Shown: positions 10,002-19,669, numbered from the stretch's first letter. The stretch is 43,114 bases of DNA from an uncultured Candidatus Saccharibacteria bacterium (GCA_964519575.1 CAZFKV010000001.1:1-43114), one strand, 5' to 3'. The notes: generated from the sequence alone by a model not told the origin. Translations and numbers: made by a program.

Positions 10002-10592
10002 CTACGAACCTAATTCGATACGACTAAATTGCCGTAAGACGATATTTTCACCGAGTTTTGCGATAGCTTCTTTAATTAAAACATCAATGCTAATGTCTGG
10101 ATTCTTTATAAAAGCTTGTTCCATTAGCACAACTTCATTGTGCCATTTTTTGATCTTGCCTTCGGAAATTTTTTCAATCATATCTGATGATTTACCTTGT
10201 TCTTTCAGTTCTGCATAGATAAGTCTCATTTCTTTGTCTTTGTCTGGAGATGGAATATCATCAACGGTTAAGTATTTGGGATCACTGGCGGCAATGTGTA
10301 AAGCAAGATCATTAGCTAATTGCATAAAATCTTCTGTTCTAGCTACAAAATCGGTCTCACAGTCCAATTCAACTAAAACACCGATTTTGCCACTGTGTAC
10401 ATACGAATGAATTACTCCGACCGTAGCTTCACGATCGGACTTCTTGTCGGCTTTTGCCAGACCTTTGATGCGCATGGCTTCAAGAGCCTTATCAAAGTCA
10501 CCTTTTGACTCTTCTAGCGCCTGCTTTGCAGTCGTCAGACCGACACCTGTCATATTCTTAAGTTTTTTAATTTGTGAAATATCAATAGCCAT
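10002..10592 (-). CDS. tsf: Elongation factor Ts (short form)
   Basis: 196 aa. N-terminal UBA-like LKNMTGVGLTTAKQALEES and the core GVLVELDCETDFVART. Directly follows rpsB. Confidence 0.9.
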   Translation of the reverse strand: MAIDISQIKKLKNMTGVGLTTAKQALEESKGDFDKALEAMRIKGLAKADKKSDREATVGVIHSYVHSGKIGVLVELDCETDFVARTEDFMQLANDLALHIAASDPKYLTVDDIPSPDKDKEMRLIYAELKEQGKSSDMIEKISEGKIKKWHNEVVLMEQAFIKNPDISIDVLIKEAIAKLGENIVLRQFSRIELGS

Positions 10593-11333
10593 CTAACTAT
10601 TTTCCTTCTTACTGTCTTTGTTATCTTCATCGTCACCAGTAGCTTTCATTTTAGAAGAACCACTTGCGAGTGAGTTGCCAATTTTTTCTAGGATAAACTC
10701 AATGGTTTTTATAGCATCGTCATTTGCGGGAATTGGAAAATCAATATTTGACGGATTTACATTAGTATCAACGATAGCAATGATTGGAATACCTAACTTG
10801 CGGGCTTCATTAATAGCAGTCTCTTCGCGATTTACATCAACAACAAAGACCAATCCTGGATATCCCTTCATCTCTTTTACGCCACCAAAAACATGGTTTA
10901 AGTGATCAATTTCTTCCTGAAATCGCTGAACTTCGAGTTTGTTGTATTTTGCTTCAAGTTCACCATTAAGCATTTGTTCTTCGAGTTTCTTGAGTTTTTT
11001 AATTCGACCAGACATGGTGTTCCAGTTGGTCATCATTCCGCCAAGCCATCTTTCGACAACATATGGTTGGTTGTGTTCTTTGGCGATCTTTCTGATTGGA
11101 TCTTGAGCCTGTCGTTTTGTTCCTACTAGAAGTACTTGTTTGCCACTGGAGGCAGCTTTTTCAACAACTTCAAGAGCTTTATCTAACATTTTCGCAGTTT
11201 GTATTAAGTCTATAACGTGGACATCCCCGCGCACACCATGAATATAGGGTGCCATTTTAGGATGCCATCTGCTAGTTTTGTGTCCGAAATGTGCTCCGGC
11301 TTTTAATAAATCCTTTGGATCAACTGATGCCAT
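10593..11333 (-). CDS. rpsB: 30S ribosomal protein S2
   Basis: 246 aa. LLKAGAHFGHKTSRWHPKM and VVDVNREETAINEARKLGIPIIAIVDTN blocks. Acidic C-terminal tail. Confidence 0.95.
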   Translation of the reverse strand: MASVDPKDLLKAGAHFGHKTSRWHPKMAPYIHGVRGDVHVIDLIQTAKMLDKALEVVEKAASSGKQVLLVGTKRQAQDPIRKIAKEHNQPYVVERWLGGMMTNWNTMSGRIKKLKKLEEQMLNGELEAKYNKLEVQRFQEEIDHLNHVFGGVKEMKGYPGLVFVVDVNREETAINEARKLGIPIIAIVDTNVNPSNIDFPIPANDDAIKTIEFILEKIGNSLASGSSKMKATGDDEDNKDSKKENS

Positions 11334-11352
11334 ATCGATATCCTTTCATCTT

Positions 11353-11404
11353 CGTAGGTACGATGAATATCAGGAGTCGATATTCAAGGATCTAACTGCA
11401 CCTA
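11353..11404 (-). promoter_or_regulatory. Structured 5' leader of rpsB-tsf (nested hairpin)
   Basis: On the minus-strand RNA, GUAGGU...ACCUAC (11404-11399 with 11358-11353) encloses a perfect 7-bp hairpin GAAUAUC-GACUCCU-GAUAUUC (11384-11364). It lies about 20 nt upstream of the rpsB start. Confidence 0.4.
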
Positions 11405-11462
11405 CTGCTTTAATTAATTACTAACTATTACTCAGTTAGGTCATGTTATCATGCACAAGACC

Positions 11463-11492
11463 TTGACGCAAGGAGTTAAACACTGGTAAAGT
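11463..11492 (+). promoter_or_regulatory. Candidate sigma70-type promoter of rpmE-prfA-prmC (extended -10)
   Basis: TTGACG (11463-11468), 18-nt spacer, then TGgTAAAGT with the -10 at 11487-11492. The ATG lies only 11 nt downstream and has no Shine-Dalgarno. Confidence 0.4.
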
Positions 11493-11503
11493 AGGTCATC
11501 GTT

Positions 11504-11887
11504 ATGAAGAAAGATATCCATCACAAAGATTATCGTCCTGTTGTGTTCAAAGACACAACCAATGATTTTGCGTTTTTAACGCGGTCTACGGCTGCAACCG
11601 AACAGACAATCAAATGGGAAGATGGAAATGAATACCCCCTAATTGAGATGTATATTAGCAGTGCCTCACATCCTTTCTACACTGGTAAAGAGAAGCTTGT
11701 TGATATTGAAGGTCGTGTCGACAGATTTAAAGCAAAAGCTGCCAAGGCTGACAGCCTCCGATCAAAAGCTGCCGCCAAAGCAGCCAAACAAGTTCAGCGA
11801 CGCAATAAATCATCTTCATCTGAGGAATCAATGAAACTTACCGACACTAAAACGACAGCAACTGAAGCCTCAGACAACGACAAATAG
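11504..11887 (+). CDS. rpmE: 50S ribosomal protein L31, type B (no CxxC zinc knuckle), with a C-terminal extension
   Basis: 127 aa. The first ~80 aa match L31 type B ([14 protein letters not shown]...[27 protein letters not shown]) and lack the Cys pairs. They are followed by an Ala/Lys-rich tail that then turns Ser/Thr/acidic. Confidence 0.85.
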   Translation: MKKDIHHKDYRPVVFKDTTNDFAFLTRSTAATEQTIKWEDGNEYPLIEMYISSASHPFYTGKEKLVDIEGRVDRFKAKAAKADSLRSKAAAKAAKQVQRRNKSSSSEESMKLTDTKTTATEASDNDK

Positions 11888-11933
11888 CTAAGTAGAGATT
11901 ATGTTAAACCTGATATTATGAGGACGGTTAGCT

Positions 11934-12992
11934 ATGGATAATGTTTTAAACAATGAACAATCACTACGCAATGAACTAAATGCTATTGCGAAGGTTTTAA
12001 GTGACCCAAATGCATATGCTCTGCCCGATTATGCAACTACAGCTCGTCGAAATATTGAATTAGAAAAAATCATAAATCTTTTTGATTTGTACCATAAAGT
12101 TTCAGATCAGATTGACAGCAATCGCTCAGTGTTAAATGACCCTGAACTTGGTCTCTTGGCTAAAGAAGAGCTAACTGATTTAGAAGGAAAACTGTTAAAA
12201 CTTGATAAAGAATTAAAATCATTATTAATCCCAACTGATCCAAATGACAATAAAGACGTAGTGGTAGAAATACGCGCTGGTGCTGGGGGTGATGAAGCAT
12301 CACTATTCGCTGGCGAATTATATCGTATGTATGTTCGCTTTGCAGATACTCAAAACTGGAAGGTTAATTTAATTAGCGAAAGTCCTTCCGAAGTAGGTGG
12401 ATTTAAAGAAATAATTTTTGAAGTATCCGGCACACAAGTTTATAGCACTCTGAAGTACGAATCGGGCGTCCATAGAGTGCAACGTATCCCAGCTACCGAA
12501 TCGCAAGGACGCGTTCATACCTCTACCGTTACAGTGGCAGTTATGCCAAAGGCTGAAGAAACAGAGATGAAGATTGATGCCAATGATCTACGTATAGATG
12601 TTTTCCGCAGTGGTGGTCATGGCGGACAAAGTGTTAATACGACAGATTCAGCAGTGCGCATAACTCATATCCCAAGCGGAATTGTTGTGACCTGTCAGGA
12701 CGAGAAAAGTCAGATTAAAAACAAAGAAAAAGCCATGGGTGTTCTGCGGGCGAGGTTGCTGGCAAAAAAATTAGAAGCTGAAGCATCTGCCGCTGCTACT
12801 GTCCGACGAAGTCTAATAGGGTCAGGCGATCGAAGTGAAAAAATTCGTACCTACAACTTCCCTCAAGACCGGATAACTGATCACAGAATAGCCTATTCAA
12901 GAAGCAATATTCCAGGTGCCTTGAACGGTGAATTTAGTGACATAACTGAGGCTCTACATGAATTTGAACAAACCGAATTATCAAGGCAATAA
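11934..12992 (+). CDS. prfA: Peptide chain release factor 1
   Basis: 352 aa. PAT tripeptide ([14 protein letters not shown]) and the GGQ motif ([12 protein letters not shown]). Confidence 0.95.
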   Translation: MDNVLNNEQSLRNELNAIAKVLSDPNAYALPDYATTARRNIELEKIINLFDLYHKVSDQIDSNRSVLNDPELGLLAKEELTDLEGKLLKLDKELKSLLIPTDPNDNKDVVVEIRAGAGGDEASLFAGELYRMYVRFADTQNWKVNLISESPSEVGGFKEIIFEVSGTQVYSTLKYESGVHRVQRIPATESQGRVHTSTVTVAVMPKAEETEMKIDANDLRIDVFRSGGHGGQSVNTTDSAVRITHIPSGIVVTCQDEKSQIKNKEKAMGVLRARLLAKKLEAEASAAATVRRSLIGSGDRSEKIRTYNFPQDRITDHRIAYSRSNIPGALNGEFSDITEALHEFEQTELSRQ

Positions 12993-13824
12993 TCTTCTGA
13001 CAATTCAGAAATATCTTGATGAGACCAAGGATAAATTTGAAAATAGTGGCATAAAATCAGCAAGACTAGACAGCTTATTATTACTTGAGCATGTCTATAG
13101 CAGGCCTCGCAGCTGGCTTCTAGCACATCAAGACCAACAAATATCGGCAGCAAACGCTAAACAGCTACATGATTTAGTTAACAGGCGTTTGTTGCGAGAA
13201 CCAGTGGCATACATAGTCGGACACTGTGAATTCTTTGGACTCGAACTTATTGTTTCAAGCAGTACACTAATTCCAAGACCGGAAACAGAAGATCTTGTTG
13301 CGGTGGTTATTGATGAATCTCCTCCTAATGCAAATCTGTTAGAAGTCGGCACTGGAAGTGGCGCTATCGCGTTGGCAGTTCGGACAAATCGACCCGATAT
13401 ACAAATAGTTGCAACTGACTCCAGCGCAGAAGCTATAAAGATAGCAAGAACTAATGCAGTTAAACATAGCATAGATGATATTGAGTTTAGAATATCTAAT
13501 CTCATGGATGATATTGACGGTTTGTATGACGTTATTGTCGCTAACCTACCTTATCTTGATGAAAGCTCTTACAGTCATCACTACGAGATATCTTTCGAAC
13601 CCAAAACAGCCCTTTACAGTACTGACGCTGGACTCAGCCATTACAAAAGGCTAATGGAACAGATTTCAGCTAAAAACCAGTTAGTCGATGGAGGAATTGC
13701 GATAATTGAATTAGAGCCAAGTCAGAGAGATAGCTTAATTCGGTTTGCAGTTGAGCATGGATTTACAGAGATTAAAAATACTAGCTTTAATAAATTTACT
13801 CTTTTACTTAAATATAACAAATAG
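12958..13824 (+). CDS. prmC: Release factor glutamine N5-methyltransferase PrmC/HemK
   Basis: 288 aa. SAM-binding [13 protein letters not shown] and the catalytic NPPY-type motif as NLPY (VANLPYLD). The longest-ORF start overlaps the prfA end, so the true start may be slightly downstream. Confidence 0.85.
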   Translation: MNLNKPNYQGNNLLTIQKYLDETKDKFENSGIKSARLDSLLLLEHVYSRPRSWLLAHQDQQISAANAKQLHDLVNRRLLREPVAYIVGHCEFFGLELIVSSSTLIPRPETEDLVAVVIDESPPNANLLEVGTGSGAIALAVRTNRPDIQIVATDSSAEAIKIARTNAVKHSIDDIEFRISNLMDDIDGLYDVIVANLPYLDESSYSHHYEISFEPKTALYSTDAGLSHYKRLMEQISAKNQLVDGGIAIIELEPSQRDSLIRFAVEHGFTEIKNTSFNKFTLLLKYNK

Positions 13825-13841
13825 AAATATCTTTACTTAAA

Positions 13842-15008
13842 TTAGAATGGAGCTTCTTCAAGAATTGCCGTTAATCGAAGCTTTTGACCATCACGATTTA
13901 TACTGATAGTTATTTCGTCGCCGACTTTATTTTCATTTATTAGGGTGGTAAGAGTGTAATTTTTGGAAATATCCTTTTTACCAATACTAGTAATTATGTC
14001 ACCCGAACGTATTTTAGCTTTATCGGCAGGACTCCCCGGGAGAACAGCATCACCATCGTTTGCAATAACCAGCACACCCTTATCTTCTTTCAGGTCAAAC
14101 TCTCTAATAAGTTCTTTGGTAACTGTAACGAATCTTACCCCTAGATAGGGCCTGATAATTCTACCATTATCAATAACGCTCGCGAAAAGTGGCTTTATAT
14201 CATTAATGGGAATTGAAAACCCGATGTTCTCTGCCTTATCGGCAATCGCAGTATTTATACCTATTACCTGTCCTTGGATGTTAACGAGAGGACCACCTGA
14301 GTTCCCGGGGTTTATGGATGCGTCAGTTTGCAATAAGTTGCTTAGACTTTCTGAACCTTCATTGCTAGTTGCAACAATTGGTCGTCCAGTACCAGAAATT
14401 ATTCCTGATGTTACAGAGTTACTGAATTGACCCAAGGCATTTCCAATGGCAACTACCCGCTCGCCCACTCTGACCCTGTTGGAATCACCTAATGATGCTG
14501 GTTTGAATCTATCGGAGCTGTTTATTTTAAGAAAAGCGACATCGTTGATCTCGTCGCGATCAATTACTGTAACATCATCATATGACTTACCATCTGATGA
14601 GACGATATTTATCTTGCTGCCCGTAGTTGGTATTACGTGCCGATTTGTAACGACAATGCCTTCTTTAGTGAGTACCAGACCTGTCCCCGCACTCTGCTGA
14701 ATCGCAGTATCTGATAGTAGACTCTGGAAGATACTAGGTGATTCTACTTTAATACTTACTACTGATGGACTAATTTCATCGGCAATATCAGCAATAACCT
14801 GCCCTTCCTGAATAATTGTTTCTGTTACTTGATTTTGTTGAGTTATGAACGGATTATTCAAATTCGGAATCGTCATCGCGACCAGCGCACCAACAAACCC
14901 ACTAGCAAATCCAAAAAATAAGGTCGATGCTAATAATTTAGAATGATGATTATTATCTGTTATGGAAGCTTTTTGGGGTTCTTGATTATTTTTGTCCAAC
15001 TCTACCAC
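13842..15008 (-). CDS. HtrA/DegP-family serine protease with PDZ domain
   Basis: 388 aa. N-terminal TM anchor. Catalytic triad contexts TNRHV, DVAFLK and GNSGGPL. C-terminal PDZ domain. Confidence 0.88.
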   Translation of the reverse strand: MVELDKNNQEPQKASITDNNHHSKLLASTLFFGFASGFVGALVAMTIPNLNNPFITQQNQVTETIIQEGQVIADIADEISPSVVSIKVESPSIFQSLLSDTAIQQSAGTGLVLTKEGIVVTNRHVIPTTGSKINIVSSDGKSYDDVTVIDRDEINDVAFLKINSSDRFKPASLGDSNRVRVGERVVAIGNALGQFSNSVTSGIISGTGRPIVATSNEGSESLSNLLQTDASINPGNSGGPLVNIQGQVIGINTAIADKAENIGFSIPINDIKPLFASVIDNGRIIRPYLGVRFVTVTKELIREFDLKEDKGVLVIANDGDAVLPGSPADKAKIRSGDIITSIGKKDISKNYTLTTLINENKVGDEITISINRDGQKLRLTAILEEAPF

Positions 15009-15022
15009 CTCATTTATTATTG

Positions 15023-15784
15023 CTACACCTGACCTGTCCAGCTTGTAAACTGGATTATCAGGCTAACTATCGCGATCAGAAATACGCCTTGCTGTACGAT
15101 AAATCTATTTGTAATTAGTCCTTTTTGTGATCTTTCAAAGACAGCTCCTCCTATGTAACTTAGGATGGAGACAAGAAGAGCTATTAGGGGAATCGCAAAT
15201 ATGTTCTGGGGCAACGTATAGATAACATTCCAAACCCAAAAAACCCAAGCCAGTTGAACAACGGCAAATCCCCAGAGCGAAATTACCACTTGTCTTGCTT
15301 CATAATCAGGGTAAATACTTAGGAAGTGCCTAGCTGCCGATCGTCCAACCAGCCAAGCTAATAGAATAACGACCCATCCAAAATTTGTAGGAATTGCTTG
15401 GTCTAAGAGCAGGTATAGACTGGCCAATCCTAAAAATTGAGCGATGATTGCCTGGATTATAACAATTGTTGCGCCAGATCTTGGCTTAATAACAAGAAGC
15501 CAAATCGCATACATGAAAACCAAAATTGGATTGATAATTTGAGTATTGGCTACTGGTGCACTACTCATAAGTGCCACCGTACTTAAACCAACAATTATGT
15601 CACATGCGTTACTCCTTAAGTTGGGTAACCAAAAATGAGGTCCAACAGCAACTATTCGCCACTTACTAATCAAAACCGTTGCGTAGGCAATCAGGGCTAG
15701 ATCCCGTCCAACTAAAAAATAAACCACGATGGGTACCGCAAGATTCTGGAGAATATAAACAGTGTTGGCAATTTGTCGTTTCAT
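15023..15784 (-). CDS. Uncharacterised polytopic membrane protein
   Basis: 253 aa, Trp-rich, multi-pass and hydrophobic. I recognise no motif. Its start overlaps the stop of the upstream LCP gene by 4 nt (15781-15784), and it ends 14 nt before htrA. Confidence 0.55.
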   Translation of the reverse strand: MKRQIANTVYILQNLAVPIVVYFLVGRDLALIAYATVLISKWRIVAVGPHFWLPNLRSNACDIIVGLSTVALMSSAPVANTQIINPILVFMYAIWLLVIKPRSGATIVIIQAIIAQFLGLASLYLLLDQAIPTNFGWVVILLAWLVGRSAARHFLSIYPDYEARQVVISLWGFAVVQLAWVFWVWNVIYTLPQNIFAIPLIALLVSILSYIGGAVFERSQKGLITNRFIVQQGVFLIAIVSLIIQFTSWTGQV

Positions 15785-17253
15785 CGTGTTTTGTAATCCG
15801 TCCCTATTATAACAACGTAATCAGTTTTTACCGTCACCGTACTAGGAAACTTATCTTTGGATAGATTTGCGTTCAATCGTTTTTTAAGAAGCGCGCTTGT
15901 AAAAGGTGTCTTCTTTTCTGATAATTTATAAATCTTAGTTTTCGGCTGATTCTTATCAACATAATCACCAACCGTTTCAATTTTGTATCCATACGAAGTA
16001 AGATTAGCGGCTGCCGACGTTGCTAAACCAGTAGTTAAGGTCCCGTTCAGAACTGTAATAGTTGCATTCTCTTTGGCAAGAAAGCCATCTCTAAATAATT
16101 CACCTCTCAAAAAATTTTGTATCTGTGAAAAATTTCCTACCCCAGCTATTGGAACCAAGACGGATGCACCACCGACGTTTTTACCAGTCAGATAATTACC
16201 TTCATCCGTACTTAACACAAAATTCTTGGGTTTAATCTTTTTATCCTGAAGTCTTTCAGCAATAGTGATTAACTTCATCATCACAGTTAAGTTCATATCA
16301 GTTCTTGAATGGTCGCCGGCTGCGTCAAGTAGCTTTGACACTTTCGAAGGGCTTGATACAGTGCCGGTACTTAGCGCTTTATCCTTTAGCGCCTCCATTA
16401 CCAACTGCTGACGATCACCGCGACCAAAGTCATCACCACAGGTTCCCTTTCGACATCTAACGACTTTTAAAGCCGTCTTACCATCAAGGTGATGCTTGCC
16501 TGCCTTTAACTGAAATACCTCTACACCCTTCATGTTTCGAGTTGGGTATTGAGAATCATACAAGTTTTCTTTAATAGTTACGTCAACTCCGCCTACGGCA
16601 TCGATGGCTTGTTCAAAACCGGTGAAATCAACTCGAGCATAGTAGTGAATAGGAATACCCAAGTTTTTTTCAATTGTCTTTTCGACTAGCTGGGGTCCAC
16701 CACCTCCATCCTGCTCTCCGAACGCATGAGCAGCATTAATTCGCGTCGAATAAAATCCAGGTATTGGAACATAAAAATCTCGGGGTATACCTAAGATCGA
16801 CACTTTATCGTTGAATGGATCTATACTCAAAACATGATTAACGTCGCTTAAGTTACCAGCTTGATGGCCTTCACCGCCGACACCGATAAGTAATATATTT
16901 ACACGCCCATCTCCTTCTGTCTTGAGCTGGTTTGGTGTGATACTTTTTTCTAAGGCAAGTGCGTCAGGTTTGCCGCTTCGTTCTATGACAGCAAATGTAG
17001 TAGAAAACAGGCGAAATGAAGCGTACCCAATAACGACAACAACGAGTAGTCCCACTAGTTTGAGTGTTTTTCCAAGTCTATGCTTTCTGGATCCAAAACT
17101 TTCATGTTCAAGGTTGGTGCGTTTTCTAAATAATCGTCTACCTGAGTCATTATCTTCAATATCCAAGTCAATAAGAACTCCACCGTTTGATTTCTCACGA
17201 TTGGTTATTCCTTCTTGCTCTTCATCTGTATTGTGGCGTTTTTTTGCAAACAT
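15781..17253 (-). CDS. LytR-CpsA-Psr (LCP) family cell-wall glycopolymer transferase with a LytR_C-like C-terminal domain
   Basis: 490 aa. Charged cytoplasmic N-terminus and a single TM. LCP core (NILLIGVGGEGH...LSDVNHVLSIDP...ILGIPRD...RINAAHAFG). C-terminal ~90 aa resemble a LytR_C domain (ITVLNGTLTTGLA...). Confidence 0.85.
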   Translation of the reverse strand: MFAKKRHNTDEEQEGITNREKSNGGVLIDLDIEDNDSGRRLFRKRTNLEHESFGSRKHRLGKTLKLVGLLVVVVIGYASFRLFSTTFAVIERSGKPDALALEKSITPNQLKTEGDGRVNILLIGVGGEGHQAGNLSDVNHVLSIDPFNDKVSILGIPRDFYVPIPGFYSTRINAAHAFGEQDGGGGPQLVEKTIEKNLGIPIHYYARVDFTGFEQAIDAVGGVDVTIKENLYDSQYPTRNMKGVEVFQLKAGKHHLDGKTALKVVRCRKGTCGDDFGRGDRQQLVMEALKDKALSTGTVSSPSKVSKLLDAAGDHSRTDMNLTVMMKLITIAERLQDKKIKPKNFVLSTDEGNYLTGKNVGGASVLVPIAGVGNFSQIQNFLRGELFRDGFLAKENATITVLNGTLTTGLATSAAANLTSYGYKIETVGDYVDKNQPKTKIYKLSEKKTPFTSALLKKRLNANLSKDKFPSTVTVKTDYVVIIGTDYKTR

Positions 17254-17263
17254 AGACCACGAT

Positions 17264-17316
17264 AGTATACCAAAAATACCCTAGCTTATGTGAGCAGTTT
17301 TGATATAGGTTATAAT
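17264..17316. promoter_or_regulatory. Back-to-back candidate -10 elements of the divergent LCP and lepB genes
   Basis: Minus strand: TGgTATACT (hexamer at 17269-17264), 10 nt upstream of the LCP ATG (17253). Plus strand: TATAAT (17311-17316), 6 nt upstream of the in-frame ATG at 17323 of lepB. Neither start has a Shine-Dalgarno. Confidence 0.35.
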
Positions 17317-17946
17317 GCCCTAATGGAATCAGAGAAAACAAAACAACTAGAGCCTAAATTAAAAGAACCTACACAGAGAAAATCTGTCATTAAAAAAGTG
17401 CTGTCAGCGTTCGAATTCGTAATTACTGTTGCTATCATGGTTTCGGTTATATTAATGTTCGGTCTACAGTCATATAGAGTAGAGGGCCAGAGCATGGTCC
17501 CAACGTTGCAACAGGATGACCGTTTAATTGTTTCTAAACTCGGGAAGACTTGGTCTCGGATTAATAGTAAAAACTATATTCCAGATCGTGGCGAAATAAT
17601 TGTTTTTAACAGTCCCCGTGAAAATAATATCCGAATCATTAAACGAGTTATTGGCCTTCCTGGCGAAAGAGTCGTTATAGAAAACGGCAAATATGTCGTT
17701 TACAACAAGGAGAATCCACAAGGATTCGAGCCTGATAAGCTTTACGACAAAGAACATAGATTCAAATTTACTACCGGATCCACCGATACTAAAGTACCCA
17801 AAGGTGAGGTATTTGTAGGGGGTGACAATCGTACTTTCGGAGGTTCGCAAGACTCAAGAAACGACTTAGGCACAATCCCGGCGGAGAATATTATCGGTAA
17901 ATTGATTATTAGGGTTTTGCCATTTACTGAAGCTCAAACTTTTTAA
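17290..17946 (+). CDS. lepB: Signal peptidase I
   Basis: 218 aa from GTG 17290. Catalytic Ser box GQSMVPTL, Lys box RIIKRVIGLPGE and GDNRTFGGSQDSR. An in-frame ATG at 17323 (MESEKTKQ...) sits 6 nt after a perfect TATAAT and may be the real, leaderless start. Confidence 0.9.
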   Translation: MSSFDIGYNALMESEKTKQLEPKLKEPTQRKSVIKKVLSAFEFVITVAIMVSVILMFGLQSYRVEGQSMVPTLQQDDRLIVSKLGKTWSRINSKNYIPDRGEIIVFNSPRENNIRIIKRVIGLPGERVVIENGKYVVYNKENPQGFEPDKLYDKEHRFKFTTGSTDTKVPKGEVFVGGDNRTFGGSQDSRNDLGTIPAENIIGKLIIRVLPFTEAQTF

Positions 17947-18828
17947 TTATTCACTGATCAAAAAGTCACTTATTCGATTAAACTCATCATCATTTTTAAA
18001 TTCGATAATTAAGTGATTAGTTTTAGCCATATGTTTTATGTGAACTTTTGTTCGAAATTTCTTTGCTATTTTCTCGGTCATATCATTAGTTGCTAGTACT
18101 CTCTTAATTGCTTGCTCGGTCGTTGCGTTCAACTCTTTGAATTTTTTAACGAAGTTCTCGGCTTGCCTGACGGACCATCGATATTTAACAATATATTCTA
18201 ACAATTGTGCTTGTTTCTCCGGCTGTCCATCTAATGCCATGATTTGACGAGCATGTCCTTCGCTGATTGTTCCCTCTGCTAAAGCATTCTTAGCTGCTTC
18301 AGGTAGCCCAAGTAACCGTACGATGTTATGAACACTTGAAGGGCTTCGACCAACACGTTTGCCAACCTGTTTGTTATCTAGGCCGAACTGATTACCAAGC
18401 TTATATAATGCTGTCGCAACCTCGAGAATATTCAGATCTTCTCGTTGTAAATTCTCGATTAAGGCAAGCTCCATCTGGGTTTGCTCTTCGGCTGTTCGTA
18501 TCAAAGCAGGTATTGTTTCTAGTCCGAGTTTATTAAAAGCTCGCAATCGTCTTTCCCCTGCAATCAAACGATATTTATCTTTGTGTCTTATGATAATTAT
18601 TGGCTGAAGAAGACCATGTTCTTCAATTGATAATGCTAAAGCCTCAAGGGCTTCATCTTTGAAATCCTTACGGGGTTGATGTGGGTTCGGTTCAATATCG
18701 CGAACCAAAATAGATTCAACTATCTTACCGTCTAGTGATGCGGTTGAGTCATACTTTTCATCAATAATAAGTGTTGGAATAAGACTTTCCAATCCTTTAC
18801 CTAATCCACGGTGTTTATTACTAGTCAT
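17947..18828 (-). CDS. parB: Chromosome partitioning protein ParB (Spo0J)
   Basis: 293 aa. ParB boxes GLLQPIIIRH and LIAGERRLRA. HTH region. Has an 8-nt overlap with parA. Confidence 0.9.
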   Translation of the reverse strand: MTSNKHRGLGKGLESLIPTLIIDEKYDSTASLDGKIVESILVRDIEPNPHQPRKDFKDEALEALALSIEEHGLLQPIIIIRHKDKYRLIAGERRLRAFNKLGLETIPALIRTAEEQTQMELALIENLQREDLNILEVATALYKLGNQFGLDNKQVGKRVGRSPSSVHNIVRLLGLPEAAKNALAEGTISEGHARQIMALDGQPEKQAQLLEYIVKYRWSVRQAENFVKKFKELNATTEQAIKRVLATNDMTEKIAKKFRTKVHIKHMAKTNHLIIEFKNDDEFNRISDFLISE

Positions 18829-19603
18829 TTTTATTACTCCTTTTGTTTTTTACCCGATTATGCACTTCTTTGGCAAGTTTTTTATAACTTCTAGCCCCTT
18901 TACTGAAACGATCATGAACATGTATTGGTGTGCCGTAGCTTGGAGCTTCGGCTAATCTAATGTTACGGGGAATAATTGCATCAAATACTTTGTTGGGGAA
19001 ATGCTTTATCACTTCTTCGTGAACTTGAGTTGACAGTGTCATTCTCGAGCTGTGCATCGTTAACAAGACCCCTAGAAGGTTGAGGCTAGGGTTCAGGGCT
19101 TGCTTGACTCTTTTCATTGTCTCCAGTAAATGACTCAAGCCTTCCAGCGCATAATACTCAGCCTGAACAGGAATTAGCACGTGGTTCGCTGCGGTTAATG
19201 CATTTATGGTAAGCAAGCCTAGGCTCGGTGGGCAATCAATAATTACGTAGTCGAAAGCATAGTGTTCCAACAATTGCTTTAATCTAAATTCACGTAATTG
19301 TTCACTAACCAGTTCAATTTCTGCTGTGGCAAGCTCCGGACTCGAAGGTATCAAACTAACACCATGTGCTGTGTCACGAATGACATCTGGCGCCTGTTCA
19401 TGGTCAAAAAGACCGTTGTAAACAGTACTCGTAATCGAACCTCGATCAGTGCCAAGCCCGCTCGTAGTATTTGCTTGGGGATCTAGGTCAACTATCAATA
19501 CCTTATTACCCAGCTGTGCGAGATACGCACCTAGGTTAATTGTTGTAGTGGTTTTACCAACACCACCTTTTTGGTTAGCTATGGCAATTACCGATTGAAC
19601 CAT
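18821..19603 (-). CDS. parA: Chromosome partitioning ATPase ParA (Soj)
   Basis: 260 aa. Deviant Walker A NQKGGVGKTTT and the Walker B context YVIIDCPPSLG. Confidence 0.9.
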   Translation of the reverse strand: MVQSVIAIANQKGGVGKTTTTINLGAYLAQLGNKVLIVDLDPQANTTSGLGTDRGSITSTVYNGLFDHEQAPDVIRDTAHGVSLIPSSPELATAEIELVSEQLREFRLKQLLEHYAFDYVIIDCPPSLGLLTINALTAANHVLIPVQAEYYALEGLSHLLETMKRVKQALNPSLNLLGVLLTMHSSRMTLSTQVHEEVIKHFPNKVFDAIIPRNIRLAEAPSYGTPIHVHDRFSKGARSYKKLAKEVHNRVKNKRSNKND

Positions 19604-19669
19604 ATAAATCTCCAGCGTTTTTGCTTATGCTTTAGCATAGCATAAAATTAGCCTAGAACAGATATGTAT

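Noticed and set aside
17947-19669. Searched for a parS site (TGTTNCACGTGAAACA-type) in and around parAB.
   Set aside because: I found no match by eye. The only CACGTG cores (29401 region, 29661 region) lack the flanking arms. The absence is unconfirmed without a pattern search.
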